This document shows positions 41,630 to 54,800 of a stretch of DNA of 64,000 nucleotides, one piece after another. Source of the DNA: Candidatus Oxydemutatoraceae bacterium (lineage in GTDB: Bacteria; Pseudomonadota; Gammaproteobacteria; Poriferisulfidales; Oxydemutatoraceae); the NCBI GenBank assembly GCA_965218975.1, contig OZ244717.1, forward strand, positions 672,001-736,000. The letters are read 5' to 3'. Under the pieces are notes generated by a model. The model was not told where the DNA came from. It did no database searches and was given only the letters and a program-made list of their open reading frames with translations. A program made the position numbers and the translations under genes. The first letter of the stretch is position 1. The number at the start of each line of letters is the position of its first letter.

Positions 41630-42700
41630 AGAATCTCGGCAGCAGTAAAATCTTTGAGCTAATGAAACCGTTTTATGTTTGCTGGTGGATTTTCAGCAAA
41701 GTGCCTGTCGTCCATGACGCGACTGGGTTCTGTCAACAAGCCCCAGCCCCGACGTCCTTGTCGGGTCGTTCACCGCTGAAAACCAATTGGTTTTCCGGGC
41801 GCGTCTCACCCATGACGAGACTTGGTTCTGTTAATGAGCACCAGCCCCGACATCCTTGTCGGGTCGTTCACCGCTGAAAACCAATTGGTTTTCCGGGCGC
41901 GTCTCACCCTGCGCCAAGCTCATTCGAATCTCGGCAGCAGTAAAATCTTTGAGCTGATGAAACCGTTTTGTGTTTGCTGGTGGATTTTCAGCAAAGTGCC
42001 TGTCGTCCATGACGCGACTGGGTTCTGTCAACAAGCCCCAGCCCCGACATCCTTGTCGGGTCGTTCACCGCTGAAAACCAATTGGTTTTCCGGGCGCGTC
42101 TCACCCTGCGCCAAGCTCATTCGAATCTCGGCAGCAGTAAAATCTTTGAGCTGATGAAACCGTTTTGTGTTTGCTGGTGGATTTTCAGCAAAGTGCCTGT
42201 CGTCCATGACGCGACTGGGTTCTGTTAATGAGCACCAGCCCCGACGTCCTTGTTGGGTCGTTCGCCGCTGAAAACCGATCGGTTTTCCGGGCGCGTCTCA
42301 CCCTGCGCCAAGCTCATTCGAATCTCGGCAGCAGTAAAATCTTTGAGCTGATGAAACCGTTTTGTGTTTGCTGGCGGATTTTCAGCAAAGTGCCTGTCGT
42401 CCATGACGCGACTGGGTTCTGTCAACAAGCCCCAGCCCCGACGTCCTTGTCGGGTCGTTCGCCGCTGAAAACCGATCGGTTTTCCGGGCGCGTCTCACCC
42501 TGCGCCAAGCTCATTCGAATCTCGGCAGCAGTAAAATCTTTGAGCTGATGAAACCGTTTTGTGTTTGCTGGCGGATTTTCAGCAAAGTGCCTGTCGTCCA
42601 TGACGCGACTGGGTTCTGTCAACAAGCCCCAGCCCCGACGTCCTTGTCGGGTCGTTCGCCGCTGAAAACCGATCGGTTTTCCGGGCGCGTCTCACCCTGC
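41630..42700. repeat. Element C tandem array (6 X + 5 Y modules, ~197-bp period)
   Basis: Y-X-X-Y-X-Y-X-Y-X-Y-X; no unique spacers. Confidence 0.93.
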
Positions 42701-42858
42701 ACTGTCCTCATGCCGGCAACGGACAGAAAGCACCGATCCGAATGTTGCTGCCGAACGCTTCTCCCGAAGCTCTTTAAAAATCCCATTTAGGGTGGCATCG
42801 TACATCCGAATGCTGCTATACTATAGAGTGTCATGACATAACTTTATGAGGGAGTTTT

Positions 42859-45800
42859 ATGCTGCGTAATATCGCTCTCATGCAAGTAGTTCTACTGGAT
42901 AAGAACAGTAAAATTCTTTTGCTTGGTGTTTTGTCAGGTTTATTTTTAGCAGGAACGAGGTTGCAAGCGCAAGAGACGAGCGATACTTTAACCATCATGA
43001 CCATGTCGGTTGACCCGGCATTAAACGCTTTTGAGGAGAGTGTCACTGTAAAGGAACATCAGCCTTTCTTAGTTTTCACGACATATACCGCGCAAAGGCT
43101 AGCGACTGAAAGCATGAATTTGAGCCTTGAAGTCACTCGGGAGGACAGTACAGTTTTGCCTGCCGGGGATCTCCCCGACGACGGTTTGAGAAAAACCCTG
43201 ACAGTAACCACTGGGACGACGACACAGTCTTTTCTGCAGCTGGGGTTTGCACCGGACTTAGACGAGAATGCGGATTATCAGTACCGTTACTGCGCGGCGA
43301 ATGGTACCTGTTCGTCTACGTTGACGGTGAGTTACTTAACGGCTGAAGCGCCGACGACTGATGTCACGGCAATCAGTCCGCGCTGGAAGGATGTCCTCAG
43401 CGATCAGAGTGTAATCACCGGCGACTGTTTTATAGGTTCGAACGTTGAGACGGTTGCAAATCTCACCCAAGAAAATAACACAGTCCGCTTCGGGCGTATA
43501 GCTCGCGTTGATAACATGCTTCCGCCGCGCGGCGGTGTGTCGGGTTTGATGTATTCATTTGGGTTTCTCGAGGATGATTTTTCCGATGGTACTTATGGCG
43601 AGATTGCTTCTGGCAGCTTTGACGCCTCAAAGCAGGAGTTAGCGCTTAGCGCCAAATGGTGGTGGACCAACGGTTCGGATTCGGCAGAACCGACGTGTTC
43701 GGGTAGTTACACGAGGACTTTAACGCCGTTGCCGGCAACCGTTCCTGAAACCGCGACGACGCCTAGCGCTCCGCTAGACGTGCAGGTGCAAGTGCCTGAA
43801 GAGCCGTTTAGAGTAGTTACTTGGTCTGTGCCGGATAATGACGGAGGAGCGCCGATTACCGCTTATCGCATTTACTGGAGAAAAACCGACGAACAACAAG
43901 AGCAATCAGAGGTGGTTTTCACAAATATCCATTCCTTTTTAATAGAAATTGATCCCGATGCGGGTTATGTATTTGCGGTGACGGCATGGAATGAGCTTGG
44001 TGAAGGTGAACGAAGCGCTGCCGTCTCGCCGCCGGCATCGCCGATATCTTTGACCGCGACGCCGGGCAACGAGGGGGTAGGATTGGAGTGGGCGCCGCCG
44101 GGAGATATCGGCGGCAGCGCAATCACGCATTATCAATATCGGCAGAGAGCCGGCAGCGAGGATTTCGGTCAATGGATAAATATTCCGGACAGCGATGATG
44201 CAGACAGCAACGCCGGTAACGAGACGCGTTCTACGGTCACCAGTTTGACGAACGGCATCGCATACACCTTCCAAGTGCGCGCGGTCAACGTCGCGGGCGC
44301 GGGCGAGGCAACCGACGAAGTAACGACGATTGCGGGAGAGGTTGGCATTTGCGATCGCACACCGCAGGTTCAAGAGGCGATTCTCAACGCGCTTCCCAGC
44401 GTAACCGACTGTACGGTGGTAGCCCATATCAATCTGAACTCCCTCACCGGGGAGTTAGACTTGATCGGCAAAGGAATTACTGCTCTGAAGGTAGGAGACT
44501 TCGTCGGACTCGCTACTCTGACAACGCTGGGTTTGGGGGCCAATCAATTAACGAGTCTGCCTGCGGGCGTATTTGATGATCTTATCTCTTTGACAACGCT
44601 GGGTTTGGGGACCAATCAATTAACGAGTCTGCCTCCGCGCATATTTAATGATCTCAGCTCTTTGACAACGCTGGATTTGGGGTCCAATCAATTAACGAGT
44701 CTGCCTCCGCGCGTATTTGATGATCTCAGCTCTTTGACAGAGCTGGATTTGGGGTCCAATCAATTAACGAGTCTGCCTCCGCGCATATTTGATGATCTCA
44801 GCTCTTTGACAGAGCTGGATTTGGGGTCCAATCAATTATCGAGTCTGCCTGCGAGCGTATTTGATGATCTTGGCTTTTTGATAATGCTGGATTTGGGGTC
44901 CAATCAATTATCGAGTCTGCCTGCGGGCGTATTTGATGATCTTGGCTTTTTGATAATGCTGGGTTTGGGGTCCAATCAATTATCGAGTCTGCCTGTGGGC
45001 ATATTTGATGATCTTGGCTCTTTGAGGACGCTGTTTTTAGATAGAAACAAATTATCAAGTCTGCCTGCGGGCATATTTGATTCTCTAAGCTCGCTGGAGA
45101 TTCTAATTTTGAACGTTAACGCGTTAACGGAGATGGGGTTGCCCGACAGCATATTCGAGCGCCTCACGTCGCTTATAATAATTAGTTTTTTCAGCAATCC
45201 CGGCAGTGACTCCTTCGTACCGTCGGCGGATGCCGGGTCCAACCGGACCGTTGACGTCGGCGAAGTCGTTATGCTGGATGCTACCGCTACCGACGCCGGT
45301 CCGTTCGGGAGCAACGTGAGCTTCGCATGGTTGCAGGACGAAAGCGATAGCGTGTCTGTGACGTTAACTGCTACCGCTACCGTTATGCCGACGTTTACCG
45401 TGCCGGCAGGCACGCCGGACGGGACGATGTTCCGATTCGATCTGGAAGTGATCGGCGGGAATAAGTTTGGGACTCTTGATGATTCGTTTCGACAGGGTCT
45501 GACCGACCGCGACTCAGTGAGGGTAACGGTTAGAATACCGCCTGGCGCGCCAACGTCCTTGACGGCAACGCCGGGTAACGGGCAGGTAGAATTGGGGTGG
45601 GTACCGGGCGACGTCGGCGGCAGCGCGATCACGCATTACCAATATCGGCAGAGAGCCGCCGGCGAGGGTTTCGGCGCTTGGACGAATATCTCGGACAGCG
45701 ACGATGCGGGCAGCAACGCCGGCAACGAGACGCGTTCTATAGTCACTAGTCTGACAAACGGCGTCGCATACACCTTCCAAGTGCGTGCGGTCAACGCCGC

Positions 45801-48800
45801 GGGCGCGGGCGAGGCGACAAACAGAGTAACGGCGATTGCAGGAACGGGCTTTGGCATTTGCGCCCGTACGCCGGTGGTTCAAGGGAGGATTCTCCGCCGA
45901 CTTTCCAGCAGAACCGACTGTGCGGCGGTAACCGAGGCCGATCTGAACTCCCTCGCCGGGGAGTTGGACTTGTCCGAAAGAAGGATTACCGGTCTGAGGG
46001 TGGGGGACTTTAATGATCTCGGCTCTTTGACAACGCTGGATTTGCAGGATAATCAATTATCGAGTCTACCTGCGGGCATATTTGATGATCTCGGCTCTTT
46101 GATAACGCTGGATTTGGAGTTCAATCAATTGTCGAGTCTGCCTGCGGGCGTATTTGATTCTCTAAACTCACTGGAGACTCTAAATTTGAGGGTTAACGCG
46201 TTGAGGAAGGCAGGGTTGCCCGACGACATATTTGATAATCTTGGCTCTTTAACAGAACTGGATTTTGGGTTCAATCAATTGTCGAGTCTGCCTGTGGACA
46301 TATTTGATTTTCTAAGCTCACTGAAGACTCTAAAATTGAACTCTAACAGGTTGACGGAGAGAGGGTTGCCCGACGGCATATTTGATAATCTTGGCTCTTT
46401 GACAACGCTGGATTTGGGGTTCAATCGATTCCCGAGTCTGCCTGCGAGCATATTTGATGATCTTGCCGCTCTGACAACGCTGGATTTGGCGGCCAATCAA
46501 TTGTCGAGTCTGCCTGAAGACATATTTGACGATCTTGATTCTTTGACAACGCTGGATTTGGAGGATAATCGATTATCGAGTCTGCCTGCGGGCATATTTG
46601 ATGATCTTAGCTCTTTGAGAATGCTGTTTTTGACTAGAAACGGATTATCGAGTCTGCCCGACGGCATATTCGAGCGCCTCACGTCGCTTGAAGAAATTAC
46701 TCTGGGCCGCAATCCCGGCAGTGACTCCTTCATACCGTCGGCGGATGCCGGCTTCGACCGGTTAGCTGGCGCTGGCGAAGTTGTTATGCTGGATGCTACT
46801 GCCACCGACGGCGGTCCGTTCGGGAGCAACCTGAGCTTCGCGTGGTCGCAGAACGAAAGCGATAGCACGCCTGTGACGCTGACCGGCGCCGATACCGCCA
46901 CACCCACATTCACCGTACCGGCGGACGTGCCGGACGGGACCGTGTTTCGATTCAATCTGACAGTAACCGGCGGGAATAAGTTTGGGACTCTCAATGATTC
47001 GTCTCGACGGAATCTGACCGACCGCGACTCGGTGAGGGTAACGGTTATGACGCCACCCGGCGCGCTGACGTCTTTGACGGCAACACCGGGTAACGGGCAG
47101 GTAGAATTAGAGTGGGTACCGGGCGGCGCCGGCGGCAGTGCGATCACGCGTTATGAATATCGGCAGAGATCTGCCGGCGAGGATTTCGGCGCTTGGATAA
47201 ATATCCCTGACGGTGATGATGTGGACAGCGCCGCCGACAACGAGACGTATTTTACGATAACCGGTCTGACGAACGGCATCGCATACACTTTCCAAGTGCG
47301 CGCGGTCAACGCTGCGGGCGCGGGCGCCGCTTTGAGCACGGTTTCCGTTACCTTGCCCAAAATAGGGCAAGAAGCAAGCGATATAGCCGTCTTGACCGCA
47401 TCGTCCAATTTGGCATTAGACACTAGGGATATCACCGTCAGCGAACATCAACCTTTCTTAGTTTTCACGACATATACCACGCAAAGGCCATCGACTGAAA
47501 GCATGAATTTGAGCCTTGAAGTTACTCGGGAGGACAGTACAGTTTTGTCTGCCGGGGATCTCCCCGATGACGGTTTGAGAAAAACCCTGTTAGTAACCAC
47601 TGGGACGACGACACAGTCTTTTCTGCAGCTGGGGTTTGCACCGGACTTAGACGAGAATGCGGATTATCAGTACCGTTACTGCGCGGCGAATGGTACCTGT
47701 TCGTCTACGTTGACGGTGAGTTACTTAACGGCTGAAGCGCCGACGACTGATGTCACGGCAATCAGCCCGCGCTGGAAGGATGCCCTCAGCGATCAGAGTG
47801 TAATCACTGGCAACTGTTCGGCAGGTTTGAACGTTGAGACAGTTGCAAATCTCACCCAAGAAAATAACACAGTTCGCTTCGGCGATATAGCTCCCGCTGA
47901 TAACGTGCTTCCGCCGCGTGGCGGTGTGTCGGGTTTGATGTATTCATTTGGTTTTCTCAACGATGATTTTTCCGGCGGTACTTATGGCGAGATTGCTTCC
48001 GGCAACTTTGACGCCTCAAAGCAAGAGTTGGTGCTTAGCGCCAAATGGTGGTGGACCAACGGTTCGGATTCGGCAGAACCGACGTGTTCGGGTAGTTACA
48101 CTAGTACTTTAACGCCGTTGCCGACAACCGTTCCTGAAACCGCGACGACGCCTAGTGCTCCGCTAAATTTGCAGGTGCAGGTGTTCGAGGAGTTTCCCGG
48201 GGTATTGATCACTTGGTCCGCACCGGATGACGGAGGAGCGCCGATTACCGATTACCGCGTTTACTGGAGAAGGACCGACGAACAACAAGAGCAGTCAAAG
48301 ACGGTTTTTCCAAGTAACAATCAGTACTTCCTAGCAGGAATTGATCCCGATGCAGATTATGCATTTGCGGTGACGGCATGGAATGAGCTCGGTGAAGGTG
48401 AACGAAGCACTATCGATACTTTAACCATTATGACTACGTCGGTTGACCCGGCATTAAACGCTTTTGAGGAGAGTGTCACTGTAAAGGAACATCAGCCTTT
48501 CTTAGTTTTCACGACATATACCGCGCAAAGGCTAGCGACTGAAAGCATGAATTTGAGCCTTGAAGTCACTCGGGAGGACAGTACAGTTTTGCCTGCCGGG
48601 GATCTCCCCGACGACGGTTTGAGAAAAACCCTGACAGTAACCACTGGGACGACGACACAGTCTTTTCTGCAGCTGGGGTTTGCACCGGACTTAGACGAGA
48701 ATGCGGATTATCAGTACCGTTATTGCGCGGCGAGTGGTACCTGTTCGTCTACGTTGACGGTGAGTTACTTAACGGCTGAAGCGCCGACGACTGATGTCAC

Positions 48801-51800
48801 GGCAATCAGTCCGCGCTGGAAGGATGTCCTCAGCGATCAGAGTGTAATCACCGGCGACTGTTTTATAGGTTCGAACGTTGAGACGGTTGCAAATCTCACC
48901 CAAGAAAATAACACAGTCCGCTTCGGGCGTATAGCTCGCGTTGATAACATGCTTCCGCCGCGCGGCGGTGTGTCGGGTTTGATGTATTCATTTGGGTTTC
49001 TCGCCGATGATTTTTCCGATGGTACTTATGGCGAGATTGCTTCTGGCAGCTTTGACGCCTCAAAGCAGGAGTTAGCGCTTAGCGCCAAATGGTGGTGGAC
49101 CAACGGTTCGGATTCGGCAGAACCGACGTGTTCGGGTAGTTACACGAGGACTTTAACGCCGTTGCCGGCAACCGTTCCTGAAACCGCGACGACGCCTAGC
49201 GCTCCGCTAGACGTGCAGGTGCAAGTGCCTGAAGAGCCGTTTAGAGTAGTTACTTGGTCTGTGCCGGATAATGACGGAGGAGCGCCGATTACCGCTTATC
49301 GCATTTACTGGAGAAAAACCGACGAACAACAAGAGCAATCAGAGGTGGTTTTCACAAATATCCATTCCTTTTTAATAGAAATTGATCCCGATGCGGGTTA
49401 TGTATTTGCGGTGACGGCATGGAATGAGCTTGGTGAAGGTGAACGAAGCGCTGCCGTCTCGCCGCCGGCATCGCCGATATCTTTGACCGCGACGCCGGGC
49501 AACGAGGAGGTAGGATTGGAGTGGGCGCCGCCGGGAGATATCGGCGGCAGCGCAATCACGCATTATCAATATCGGCAGAGAGCCGGCAGCGAGGATTTCG
49601 GTCAATGGATAAATATCCCGGACAGCGATGATGCAGACAGCAACGCCGGTAACGAGACGCGTTCTACGGTCACCAGTTTGACGAACGGCATCGCATACAC
49701 CTTCCAAGTGCGCGCGGTCAACGTCGCGGGCGCGGGCGAGGCAACCGACGAAGTAACGACGATTGCGGGAGAGGTTGGCATTTGCGATCGCACACCGCAG
49801 GTTCAAGAGGCGATTCTCAACGCGCTTCCCAGCGTAACCGACTGTACGGTGGTAGCCCATATCAATCTGAACTCCCTCACCGGGGAGTTAGACTTGATCG
49901 GCAAAGGAATTACTGCTCTGAAGGTAGGAGACTTCGTCGGACTCGCTACTCTGACAACGCTGGGTTTGGGGGCCAATCAATTAACGAGTCTGCCTGCGGG
50001 CGTATTTGATGATCTTATCTCTTTGACAACGCTGGGTTTGGGGGCCAATCAATTAACGAGTCTGCCTGCGGGCGTATTTGATGATCTTATCTCTTTGACA
50101 ACGCTGGGTTTGGGGACCAATCAATTAACGAGTCTGCCTCCGCGCATATTTAATGATCTCAGCTCTTTGACAACGCTGGATTTGGGGTCCAATCAATTAA
50201 CGAGTCTGCCTCCGCGCGTATTTGATGATCTCAGCTCTTTGACAGAGCTGGATTTGGGGTCCAATCAATTAACGAGTCTGCCTCCGCGCATATTTGATGA
50301 TCTCAGCTCTTTGACAGAGCTGGATTTGGGGTCCAATCAATTATCGAGTCTGCCTGCGAGCGTATTTGATGATCTTGGCTTTTTGATAATGCTGGATTTG
50401 GGGTCCAATCAATTATCGAGTCTGCCTGCGGGCGTATTTGATGATCTTGGCTTTTTGATAATGCTGGGTTTGGGGTCCAATCAATTATCGAGTCTGCCTG
50501 TGGGCATATTTGATGATCTTGGCTCTTTGAGGACGCTGTTTTTAGATAGAAACAAATTATCAAGTCTGCCTGCGGGCATATTTGATTCTCTAAGCTCGCT
50601 GGAGATTCTAATTTTGAACGTTAACGCGTTAACGGAGATGGGGTTGCCCGACAGCATATTCGAGCGCCTCACGTCGCTTATAATAATTAGTTTTTTCAGC
50701 AATCCCGGCAGTGACTCCTTCGTACCGTCGGCGGATGCCGGGTCCGACCGGACCGTTGACGTCGGCGAAGTCGTTATGCTGGATGCTACCGCTACCGACG
50801 CCGGTCCGTTCGGGAGCAACGTGAGCTTCGCATGGTTGCAGGACGAAAGCGATAGCGTGTCTGTGACGTTAACTGCTACCGCTACCGTTATGCCGACGTT
50901 TACCGTGCCGGCAGGCACGCCGGACGGGACGATGTTCCGATTCGATCTGGAAGTGATCGGCGGGAATAAGTTTGGGACTCTTGATGATTCGTTTCGACAG
51001 GGTCTGACCGACCGCGACTCAGTGAGGGTAACGGTTAGAATACCGCCTGGCGCGCCAACGTCCTTGACGGCAACGCCGGGTAACGGGCAGGTAGAATTGG
51101 GGTGGGTACCGGGCGACGTCGGCGGCAGCGCGATCACGCATTACCAATATCGGCAGAGAGCCGCCGGCGAGGGTTTCGGCGCTTGGACGAATATCTCGGA
51201 CAGCGACGATGCGGGCAGCAACGCCGGCAACGAGACGCGTTCTATAGTCACTAGTCTGACAAACGGCGTCGCATACACCTTCCAAGTGCGTGCGGTCAAC
51301 GCCGCGGGCGCGGGCGAGGCGACAAACAGAGTAACGGCGATTGCAGGAACGGGCTTTGGCATTTGCGCCCGTACGCCGGTGGTTCAAGGGAGGATTCTCC
51401 GCCGACTTTCCAGCAGAACCGACTGTGCGGCGGTAACCGAGGCCGATCTGAACTCCCTCGCCGGGGAGTTGGACTTGTCCGAAAGAAGGATTACCGGTCT
51501 GAGGGTGGGGGACTTTAATGATCTCGGCTCTTTGACAACGCTGGATTTGCAGGATAATCAATTATCGAGTCTACCTGCGGGCATATTTGATGATCTCGGC
51601 TCTTTGATAACGCTGGATTTGGAGTTCAATCAATTGTCGAGTCTGCCTGCGGGCGTATTTGATTCTCTAAACTCACTGGAGACTCTAAATTTGAGGGTTA
51701 ACGCGTTGAGGAAGGCAGGGTTGCCCGACGACATATTTGATAATCTTGGCTCTTTAACAGAACTGGATTTTGGGTTCAATCAATTGTCGAGTCTGCCTGT

Positions 51801-54800
51801 GGACATATTTGATTTTCTAAGCTCACTGAAGACTCTAAAATTGAACTCTAACAGGTTGACGGAGAGAGGGTTGCCCGACGGCATATTTGATAATCTTGGC
51901 TCTTTGACAACGCTGGATTTGGGGTTCAATCAATTATCGAATCTACCTGCGGGCGTGTTTGATAATCTTGTCTCTTTGGCAACGCTGGATTTGGGGTTCA
52001 ATCAATTATCGAGTCTGCCCGACGGCATATTTGATAACCTTGGCTTTTTGAAAACGCTGGATTTAGCTAACACTCAATTATCGAGTCTGTCCGACGGTAT
52101 ATTTAATAACCTTGGCTCTTTGGAAACGCTGTTTTTGGGGTTCAATCAATTATCGAGTCTGCCCGACGGCATATTTAATAATCTTAACTCTTTGACAGTG
52201 CTGGATTTGGGGGGCAATCAATTATCGAATCTACCTGCGGGCGTGTTTGATGATCTTGGCTCTTTGACAGGGCTGTATTTAGATAGAAACGAATTATCAA
52301 GTCTGCCTGCGGGTGTATTTGATTTTCTAAGTTCGCTGGAGAGGCTAATTTTGAACGTTAACGCGTTGACAGAGACGGGGTTGCCCGACGGCATATTCGA
52401 GCGCCTCATATCGCTTAGAGTAATTAGCTTGCTTAACAGTCCCGGCACTGATTCCTTCATACCGTCGGCGGATGCCGGATTCGACCGGACCGCTGCCGCC
52501 AGCGAAGTCGTTATGCTGGACGCTACCGCCACCGACGGCGGTCCGTTCGGGAGCAACCTGAGCTTCGCGTGGTCGCAGAACGAAAGCGATAGCACGCCTG
52601 TGACGCTGACCGGCGCCGATACCGCCACACCCACATTCACCGTACCGGCGGATGTGCCGGACGGGACCGTGTTTCGATTCAATCTGACAGTGGTCGGCGG
52701 GAATAAGTTTAGGACTCTTGATGGTTCCTCTCGACGGAGACTGACCGACCGCGACTCTATGAAGGTAACGGCTGGAATACCGCCCGGCGTGCCGCAAAAT
52801 GTCATGCTTGAAGCAGGCGATACGACGGTCACTGTCACTTGGGCAGCTTCGGACCTTGCAACGGGCAGCGCACCGGACACATATCGGGTGCGCTGGCTGA
52901 GCGAGAATCAGCAGATAGGTACCGCAACCGTCGCGGCGATTTCCTACCAGGTCTACGGTTTCGCCCGACATGTCGGGAGTGTTGGGCCAGGATTTAATGT
53001 CGATGAGTTTGACCCGGGCGGCCTCGCCTCGCACGGAGGCCAACTCTATCTGATAGGTTTGAGTGGCTTCTACACCCTTGACCCCGAAACAGGCGTAACC
53101 GTCCGAATAGGTTCAGGGAGATTTAATATCGGTGTCGGTGGGTTTGACCCGGGCGGCCTCGTTTCGCACAACGGCACACTCTATATGGTAGGCACTGATG
53201 GTGAGACTCGCCTCTACACCCTTGACCCCGGAACGGGCACAGCCGAGCAAGTAGGTGCTGCGGATCAATTTAATGTCGGTGAGTCTGACCCGAACGGCCT
53301 TGCTTCGCACAACGGCATGCTCTATATGGTAGGTGCACGGAATGATGCCCTCTACACCCTCAACCCCGAAACGGGCATAGCCTCCCAAGTAGGCCCGGCG
53401 GGATTTAATGTCGGTGAGTCTAGCCCGGGCGGCCTCGCTTCGCATAATGGCGTGCTCTATATGGTAGGCTCCAATGGGGATGCCCTCTACACCCTCAATC
53501 CCAGAACAGGCATAGCCTCCCAAGTAGGCGCTGCGGATCAATTTAATATCGGTGAGAGCGTTCCGTCCGGTCTCACCTCGCACAACGGCATACTTTATAT
53601 GGTAGGTGCCGATGCTGATACGCTTTACCAGCTACACTCCGAAAGCGGACGCTATACGATCGAGGACCTGACCAACGATACCGAATACACAATTGAAGTC
53701 GCGGCCGTCATCAATGCGGTCGCTGCGACTACCGCGGCCGCCGTGACCGTGACCCCGACCGTACCGCAACCGCCGCCGCTACCAAGCACCCCGCAAAACG
53801 TCATGCTTGAAGCAGGCAATAAGACGATCACCGTCACTTGGGTGGCCTCGGACCTTGCAACGGGCGGCGCACCGGACACATATCGGGTGCGCTGGCTGAG
53901 CGAGGGCCAACAGATAGGCACCGCAACCACCGCGGCGATTTCCTACCGGATCTACGGTTTCGCCCGGCAGGTCGGGAATGTTGGCCCAGGATTTAATGTC
54001 GTTGAGTTTGAGCCGACCGGTCTCGCTTCGCACGGAGACCAACTCTATATGGTGGGGCGTCAGCGCGAGGCTCTTTTCACCCTTGATCCCGGAACAGGCA
54101 TAGCCGACCAAGTAGGTCCAAGGAGATTTGATGTCGGTGAGAGATTTCCGACCGGTTTGGCCTTGCACAACGGTACGCTCTATATGTTAGGTAGCAATCC
54201 CCCTTCTGATCCCTCCCTCTACACCCTCGACCCCGAAACGGGCATAGCCTCCCTGGTAGTTTCAGTAGGGATATCTTATGCCGGAGGCCTCGCCTCGCAC
54301 GGAGACCAACTCTATATGGTAGGAGGTATTGATTTGGGGAATCCTGCCCTCTACACCCTTGATCCCAAAACGGGCGCCGCCGACCAAGTAGGCACTGCGG
54401 ATCAATTTAATGTCAATGAAAATCTCCCATCCGGCCTTGTCTCGCACGACGGCACACTCTATATGGTAGGTGCCGCTGAGTATATGGCAGGAGACGCTGA
54501 TAGGGCTGCCCTCTACACCCTTGACCCCGAAACAGGCGTAGCCGAACAAGTAGGCGCTGCGGACCGATTTAATGTCGGTGAGGGCACTCCGTCCGGCCTC
54601 GCCTCGCACAACGGCATACTTTATATGGTAGGTTCCGATACTGATACGCTTTACCGACTACACTCCCAGAGCGGCCGCTATACGATCATGGGTTTGATAA
54701 ACGGCACCGAATACACGATTGAGGTTGCAGCCGTCAATGCAGCCGGTGCGACCACCGCGGCCGCTGTGACTACGACTCCGAACGTGCCGACGTTCACGGT

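Noticed and set aside
41630-42700. CRISPR array
   Set aside because: Modules are ~100 bp and repeat in full; there are no unique spacers and no cas genes in the window
40008-42790. ORFs reading through elements A/C (e.g. 40008-40715, 41560-41877)
   Set aside because: Composed of non-coding repeat sequence, with inconsistent frames between copies
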